Below, one piece after another: positions 59,053-64,000 of a DNA stretch of 64,000 nt. Source of the DNA: an uncultured Candidatus Saccharibacteria bacterium (GTDB lineage: Bacteria; Patescibacteriota; Minisyncoccia; Phycocordibacterales; UBA5272). Below the pieces are notes generated by a model, which was not told the DNA's origin, ran no database searches, and saw nothing but the letters and a program-made list of their open reading frames with translations. A program made the translations under genes and the position numbers. Within the stretch, counting starts at the first letter, position 1. Each line of letters opens with the position of its first letter. Location of the stretch: positions 8,677-72,676 of the forward strand of contig CAYXKW010000005.1 of NCBI GenBank assembly GCA_964464695.1, in the 5' to 3' direction.

Positions 59053-60054
59053 CTAATGTATATAATTAACTTCTTTTTCAAGCTTCATCTCAATTTTTTC
59101 ATAAATTATAGTGATGATCGAATTTGCAAATAACTCAAGCTCAGATGCCTCTCCTTGGCCATAATTGACCAGTACAAGGGGTTGGTTAGGCCATGAGCCA
59201 ATATTTCCCGTCTGTACCCCTTTCATACATGCTACATGCTCTATGAGCCAGGCAGCAGGTACCTTAAAAGCATCTCCATGTGGAATGAGTGGTATATCTG
59301 GGTAGGTCTGGCGAATGCCTTCGGCCTTCGCCACATCAATAATCGGATTCTTAAAAAATGAACCTGCGTTTGGGTTTACTTTCCAGTCTGGTAATTTTGC
59401 TTTTCTAGTTGCCACCACGAGATTCCGAATTTCCTCAAGAGAGACGCTTTCTCTTCCTGCGAGATAATCCAGCGGCTTGTACGTCAACACTGGGGTTGAG
59501 CGTGTTGTAAGTTTGATGCGTATACTTACAATAATATATCTTCCTTGTTCGTGTTTAAAGATTGAATCACGATATCCAAACTGACATTCTTCATTTGTTA
59601 ATTCTAAAAAGCAATAACGGTTCATATCGTACACCCGAACAGAGACCAGAACATCTTGTAACTCAGTTCCGTATGCTCCGATGTTTTGGATAGGTGCAGC
59701 CCCAACTGTTCCCGGGATATACGAAAGATTTTCTATTCCCCATAACTTTTTTTCTACCGCCATCTGCACAATGTCATCCCACACTTCCCCTCCTCCAATT
59801 TCCAAAAAACATATATCACCCTCTTCGAAAAAAGTGGCTCCTTTAATTTCATTTTTTATAACTAAAAAATTCCTTAAGTCATTTCCAAAGTACGTATTTG
59901 TACCTTCTCCGAGAATATGAGTGCGGAGGCCTTCGGCCTCCGCACTCATGACCGCATCCTCCAACTCTCCTTCATTTCGTACCACCACCATATTCACCTC
60001 CCCACCAATCCGAAGAGACGTATATTCCTTAAGTTGGGCTCGTATAATTTGCAT
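59053..60054 (-). CDS. murB: UDP-N-acetylmuramate dehydrogenase
   Basis: LGEGTN, IPGTVGAAPIQNIGAYG, FGYRDS.FK, NAGSFFKNP, LE.EV. Confidence 0.95.
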   Translation of the reverse strand: MQIIRAQLKEYTSLRIGGEVNMVVVRNEGELEDAVMSAEAEGLRTHILGEGTNTYFGNDLRNFLVIKNEIKGATFFEEGDICFLEIGGGEVWDDIVQMAVEKKLWGIENLSYIPGTVGAAPIQNIGAYGTELQDVLVSVRVYDMNRYCFLELTNEECQFGYRDSIFKHEQGRYIIVSIRIKLTTRSTPVLTYKPLDYLAGRESVSLEEIRNLVVATRKAKLPDWKVNPNAGSFFKNPIIDVAKAEGIRQTYPDIPLIPHGDAFKVPAAWLIEHVACMKGVQTGNIGSWPNQPLVLVNYGQGEASELELFANSIITIIYEKIEMKLEKEVNYIH

Positions 60055-60243
60055 CTAGTAATGGTATCAAAATTAACAATAATTGACACTTATTACCAAT
60101 TTCCAAAAAACAAAAATATCCTTTATTTGTAAAAGGCTTTATAAAAACACTCAATGTAGATGTTGCAAAACAGTATTCAATGTGTTCCAATGACATATAC
60201 AGTTCTTTCTTACTCTAGACTTTACCCGAAAAGGAGGCGCACA

Positions 60244-60924
60244 ATGAATGGAGAAATTCAAATACTCACAGTGCCGTTTGATATCAAACAACAAATCACT
60301 GACGACACATTGTTACAAAGACTCGAATTCATTGGACTCACCCCTGATGAAATTTTTGAACAAGGTGACCAAATAAGAATTGCAAAATTTCAAGAAAGCG
60401 ATTTTGGAGATCTGTCATTACCTTCAGCGCTTGAAGCAAAAAAAACAGAAGCTGATCCGCTTGTAGGAATATTTGCAATTACCACTGAAACTATCCATGA
60501 GAGGACAGTTAGCACCGTACTTGGACAACTCTACATTTACAGCGCGCGCTCGGCTATCCCATTTATTGAAGGGGCGTTTGAGAAAACACTGAGTTACTAC
60601 CGTCGGTTGTATTTTGATGAAGTTATTCTGTATTTTGGAGCTTTGGGATTAGATACAGAAAAATTCAAAAGTGTCGCCTTATCAAAAACGGCCCGAGAAG
60701 TTGAGAAGATCTTCAAAGCTGGTTTTGACTATGCGATAAAAGAGTCGTGCGTCATGGCTTTTGCATGCACACATCCGACAGCAATCAAGTATTACGTAAA
60801 TCAGCTTGGTTTTGCTGAGCTTGGAAAGGTTGATAAAATTCCAGAACTTGCAAATAATCCAGGCATACTGCTTCACGTGACACCTACCAGCGTCAAACTA
60901 GAAAGACTCTCCCTTGTTCAATGA
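60244..60924 (+). CDS. hypothetical protein (possible degenerate GNAT fold)
   Basis: Long ORF; AAGGAGG before ATG 60244; AIKYY..LGF..LG motif; terminator at 60938-60965. Confidence 0.6.
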   Translation: MNGEIQILTVPFDIKQQITDDTLLQRLEFIGLTPDEIFEQGDQIRIAKFQESDFGDLSLPSALEAKKTEADPLVGIFAITTETIHERTVSTVLGQLYIYSARSAIPFIEGAFEKTLSYYRRLYFDEVILYFGALGLDTEKFKSVALSKTAREVEKIFKAGFDYAIKESCVMAFACTHPTAIKYYVNQLGFAELGKVDKIPELANNPGILLHVTPTSVKLERLSLVQ

Positions 60925-61004
60925 AAAATGAACCCTTGAAGAGCACCGAAACCAGGTGCTCTTTTTTATTATTTATTAGTGCTTAGTCAAAATAAGAAAA
61001 ATAC

Positions 61005-61028
61005 AAAAGCACCCTTTCGAGTGCTTTT
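61005..61028 (-). terminator. intrinsic terminator downstream of tRNA-Ile
   Basis: aaaagcac-cctttcga-gtgctttt. Confidence 0.6.
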
Positions 61029-61032
61029 GATC

Positions 61033-61108
61033 TGGTGCGCGGTCCTGGATTCGAACCAGGGACCGCTCGAGTATCAGTCGAGTGCTCTACCAACTGAGCT
61101 AACCGCGC
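61033..61108 (-). tRNA. tRNA-Ile(GAT)
   Basis: GCGCGGT/ACCGCGC stem, CTCGA-CTGATAC-TCGAG anticodon arm, GGTTCGAATCC, encoded CCA. Confidence 0.96.
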
Positions 61109-61151
61109 ATTTTATTATGTATATCACCCACACACCCTGTGCACATTAGAA

Positions 61152-61349
61152 CATGTCTATCGCATCTTTCGCCCGCTGGCCAAAGACGTCTTCGAAGCCA
61201 AGCTTCTCGAACTGTGTCGAAAGCTTGCTAGCTGTTCGACATCTTCGGGCTGAATTAGCAAATTCATGTCTTGGACCGAGCCGCTCGCGTCCTTCGTCTG
61301 CTGACTACGGACATTTTCGAAGCCAAGCTTCTCGAGCCAACTGCGCATT
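61152..61349 (-). repeat. hairpin-rich leader starting with a mimic of the tRNA-Ile 5' end
   Basis: AATGCGCAGTTGGCTC vs tRNA AATGCGCGGTTAGCTC; exact 20-mer at 61191-61210 and 61316-61335, whose core is shared with 18662-18676. Confidence 0.75.
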
Positions 61350-61593
61350 CAATTTTTATTCGTTGTAATACTGGCAAAATTAGCAATTTTGCCAGTATTA
61401 CATTTACAATCAAAGTAGTTTAACGTATTCATTAATCTACTTTCGTATTTGATATACTACCATAAAATATAGCCATAGGAAAGTACGATATTACGCTTAC
61501 TTCTCTTCTTTTGTATGACGATTGAGATGAAACTTCTTTTACTGTAGTATAGAGAAAGACCCGTAACTTCAACCAATAACCTAAGGAGCCATC

Positions 61594-62028
61594 ATGGCCT
61601 TGATTATTTTTTTCTTTGTTGCAATCCTAGTCACCACAGTGTGCTTAATCAAAGCTGTCATCTTTGCTTATCAAGCAAAAAAGATTGACGAAAGTGTTAG
61701 CATTGCCAATCGTAGATTAAAAAATAACCTACAAGCAATGCACATAAATTGGATTATGGGATTTCACCTTACAGGAGCAACCTCAGTCGCATTGATTCTG
61801 CTTATCGTAGTCATACATGGTGGAAATTGGGGACCCCTTCCAGTTCTGTACACTCACCGTCTTTTGGTCATTGCAAGTGTCATACTGCTTGGTTCTGCTC
61901 TTTTTTTTAATGGCAAAAAAAGCAAAAAAACTCACAGAAAAATAGTGTACTATTTTCTTTTTGTGTACATGCTGACACTTACCACAGGGCTTTGGCTTTT
62001 GGCTAAACACCCCTTACTTTGGGGTTAA
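61594..62028 (+). CDS. four-TM membrane protein with membrane histidines (possible cytochrome b-like/DUF420-like)
   Basis: Hydrophobic helices with several His; AAGGAG upstream. Confidence 0.65.
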   Translation: MALIIFFFVAILVTTVCLIKAVIFAYQAKKIDESVSIANRRLKNNLQAMHINWIMGFHLTGATSVALILLIVVIHGGNWGPLPVLYTHRLLVIASVILLGSALFFNGKKSKKTHRKIVYYFLFVYMLTLTTGLWLLAKHPLLWG

Positions 62029-62130
62029 GCATACCAAAAAACCCATTCATCGACCACACTAGTGTGGTCGATTTTTTATTGGAATAAAAAAAGACCCTTG
62101 TGAGGGGTCTTTCCTACGAAGAATATCCTT

Positions 62131-62358
62131 TCAGAGGTCTTCGTAGATTCGTTGAACAATCCGTGCGAAGCGTCCACTGCCGTGACGATATTGCATCAAG
62201 ATTGTGCCAGTCAAAAGCGTCATCGTAAAGAAGAGACCTGCCCACATGAGCATTTCTGCCGGCGGTGTAAAGATGTCGACTGTCACCCACTTGTAGGATA
62301 CAAAGAGTGTAACAAGCGCCATGACTGCAAGAGCAATGGTATTCAGTGTACGATTCAT
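62131..62358 (-). CDS. small two-TM membrane protein
   Basis: AGGAG upstream; terminator hairpin at ~62090-62112. Confidence 0.6.
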   Translation of the reverse strand: MNRTLNTIALAVMALVTLFVSYKWVTVDIFTPPAEMLMWAGLFFTMTLLTGTILMQYRHGSGRFARIVQRIYEDL

Positions 62359-62508
62359 AAAGAACTCCTAAGTTATCGATATATTTATTATAACACTTTT
62401 AAATACTAAAGTCAATAGCTTATAAAACCCTTCATTTACTTGACAAAAAGGACATGTTTAGTAGGATAACCTTAGAATTGTTCAATCAAATAGCATAGGA
62501 GAACTTTC

Positions 62509-62916
62509 ATGCCATCTACAAGAACACCTCGTGAGGAACTTGAGTCCAGGAAGTGGGGTATCTGCTCGACGGACCAAAAAACATTAGAGAAAATGTTTGA
62601 GGTGTTCTATTCTCTTGGACTACTTGGTCCAATTCATGAACACCTGCTGATTCACTCTCTTTTTAAAAACCGACCTCAAAAAAGATACAACGTCCCTTTT
62701 GTGGTCGTTGAATACTTGTCGAAAAATAGAAAAGAAGGTGGCTATGAATTTTTTGCTTTTTACAAACTGTCGATTACCACCCCGTGGAATTTATACCGAG
62801 AAGGTTCTAGGATGCATTCTGAAACTCTTGGCAAGTTTTTCTCTGGCCCTGATTTCACTAAACACAGACTATCGAAAATAAATACGGTAGTCGCACCTGT
62901 TCGGCACCCTAAATAA
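62509..62916 (+). CDS. hypothetical protein
   Basis: TTGACA-17-GATAAC-like promoter and AGGAG upstream. Confidence 0.65.
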   Translation: MPSTRTPREELESRKWGICSTDQKTLEKMFEVFYSLGLLGPIHEHLLIHSLFKNRPQKRYNVPFVVVEYLSKNRKEGGYEFFAFYKLSITTPWNLYREGSRMHSETLGKFFSGPDFTKHRLSKINTVVAPVRHPK

Positions 62917-62944
62917 CTTGAAACCTTTAAAGATGGAGATACAC

Positions 62945-63340
62945 ATGGCACAAAAATTTTTGGATGGCTTTGGTAAAACACCCCGAGTTGCAACTGAGCT
63001 GACGGAATTTCAAAAAAGGCAATTAAGGAGTGACAAGTGGTTCGTTGAGTATACGAACACAGACACCCGTAATGCAATTGCCCAAGGGCTTGAACTTGTG
63101 GACCATGATGGTGATACCATTTTTTATGACGGTAGAACACTTCATGGTTTTAAGATTGATTTTGACAAAATCATGTTCATGATGGACAGCAAGAGTAACA
63201 TGGTATACGAATTTGTCGTCTACCATAAAAAACCAACTGATCAGAACTGGGCGAAGTGGAGATTGAATATGAAAGCCCCACAGGAGATTCTGAACAAGCA
63301 TGTGCGTTCTGGACATGTGGTTCGGCCAAAAGGTGCATAA
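62945..63340 (+). CDS. hypothetical protein, apparent distant paralog of 62509-62916
   Basis: GGAG before ATG 62945; shared YEF..[FY][YH]K......W..[YW]R pattern. Confidence 0.65.
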   Translation: MAQKFLDGFGKTPRVATELTEFQKRQLRSDKWFVEYTNTDTRNAIAQGLELVDHDGDTIFYDGRTLHGFKIDFDKIMFMMDSKSNMVYEFVVYHKKPTDQNWAKWRLNMKAPQEILNKHVRSGHVVRPKGA

Positions 63341-63353
63341 GCAGGTTCTGTGC

Positions 63354-63387
63354 AGGAGGGGTTCGCGAAGCGAACCCCTCCTTTTTC
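63354..63387 (+). terminator. intrinsic terminator
   Basis: aggaggggttcgc-gaa-gcgaacccctcct followed by a T run. Confidence 0.8.
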
Positions 63388-63643
63388 TATTCTCTCGTAC
63401 TTCCGCCAACATAATACAAAAAAACACCCTCTTCGGGCTTTAATTATTACTTTCATACATTACAGAAATTGTGCTTTTATTTTTCTATCTTTCTTTTGTC
63501 ACACTCTAGCGCTTGCGCGACTTTTGGTATATTTCGTAATACCACGGAAAGTGTTAAAGGATCACTTTCAAGTCCTCATCTAAAACTTAAATAATCGACA
63601 AGATTCGTACACCCTACCGAAGTAGGTATGTAGAACAATTTCA

Positions 63644-64000
63644 CATTGAATTAATCCACGACCAGCTTCCGCTAGCCGTGCCTTGTTACGACTTACTCCC
63701 TGTCACCGAATTTACCTTAGTCCTGGACAAGCCAAGCCTTTGGGTACCCCCGGCTCCCTTGAGTTGACGGGCAGTGAGTACAAGAGACGAGAACGTATTC
63801 ACCGCGGTTTAGCTGACCCGCGATTACTAGCAATTCCGGCTTCATGTGGTCGAGTTGCAGACCACAATCTGAACTGGCGGGCGGTTTGAAGGATTGGCTC
63901 AGGGTTACCCCGTCGCGACCCGTTGTCCGCCCGATTGTATTATGTGTGTAGCCCAGGATGTCAAAGGGACATGCTGACCTGGCGTCATCCTCTCCTTCCT
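63644..64000 (-). rRNA. rrs: 16S rRNA, 3' ~360 nt (continues beyond the window)
   Basis: CCTTGTTACGACTT (1492R site), GACGGGCAGTGAGTACAAG (variant 1392R site), GAACGTATTCACCGCG; 3' end placed by analogy to E. coli. Confidence 0.97.

Noticed and set aside
63644-64000. intron or insertion in the 16S
   Set aside because: The visible part is colinear with the standard 16S 3' region and about the expected length
1-64000. alternative genetic code (TGA = Gly)
   Set aside because: Conserved genes are full length under code 11, and TGA ends some ORFs

Overview
AT-rich bacterial chromosome segment using standard code 11. It is most likely Patescibacteria/CPR (Parcubacteria-like), inferred from the divergent 16S 3' end, a VirD4-like coupling protein, an O-antigen-ligase/TPR protein and the HQLKTP histidine kinase. 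Left to right: (1) an L,D-transpeptidase fusion gene running off the left edge. (2) A small AbiGi-type defence unit and a ~15.9 kb serine-recombinase island, inserted in tandem at the 3' end of tRNA-Glu; the att arms can be reconstructed from the sequence. The island carries a ParB-methyltransferase, a large serine recombinase and an OleA/OleC/OleD-like lipid or beta-lactone cluster with ACP, PPTase, desaturase and ATP-grasp genes. (3) tRNA-Glu and tRNA-Val, flanked by hairpin-interrupted copies of their own ends; the same is seen at tRNA-Ile. (4) A hemerythrin/two-component locus, rlmH, tsaD and a candidate new small RNA. (5) A ~28 kb surface-glycan locus: CDP-dideoxy/branched sugar enzymes, GDP-mannose epimerase, GT10, GT11, flippase, ligase and a repeat-flanked four-helix-bundle gene. 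(6) rsmI, murB, ORFans, tRNA-Ile and the 3' end of an unlinked 16S rRNA that lacks the anti-Shine-Dalgarno motif; many core genes look leaderless. All family calls come from motif recognition by eye; no database search was run.
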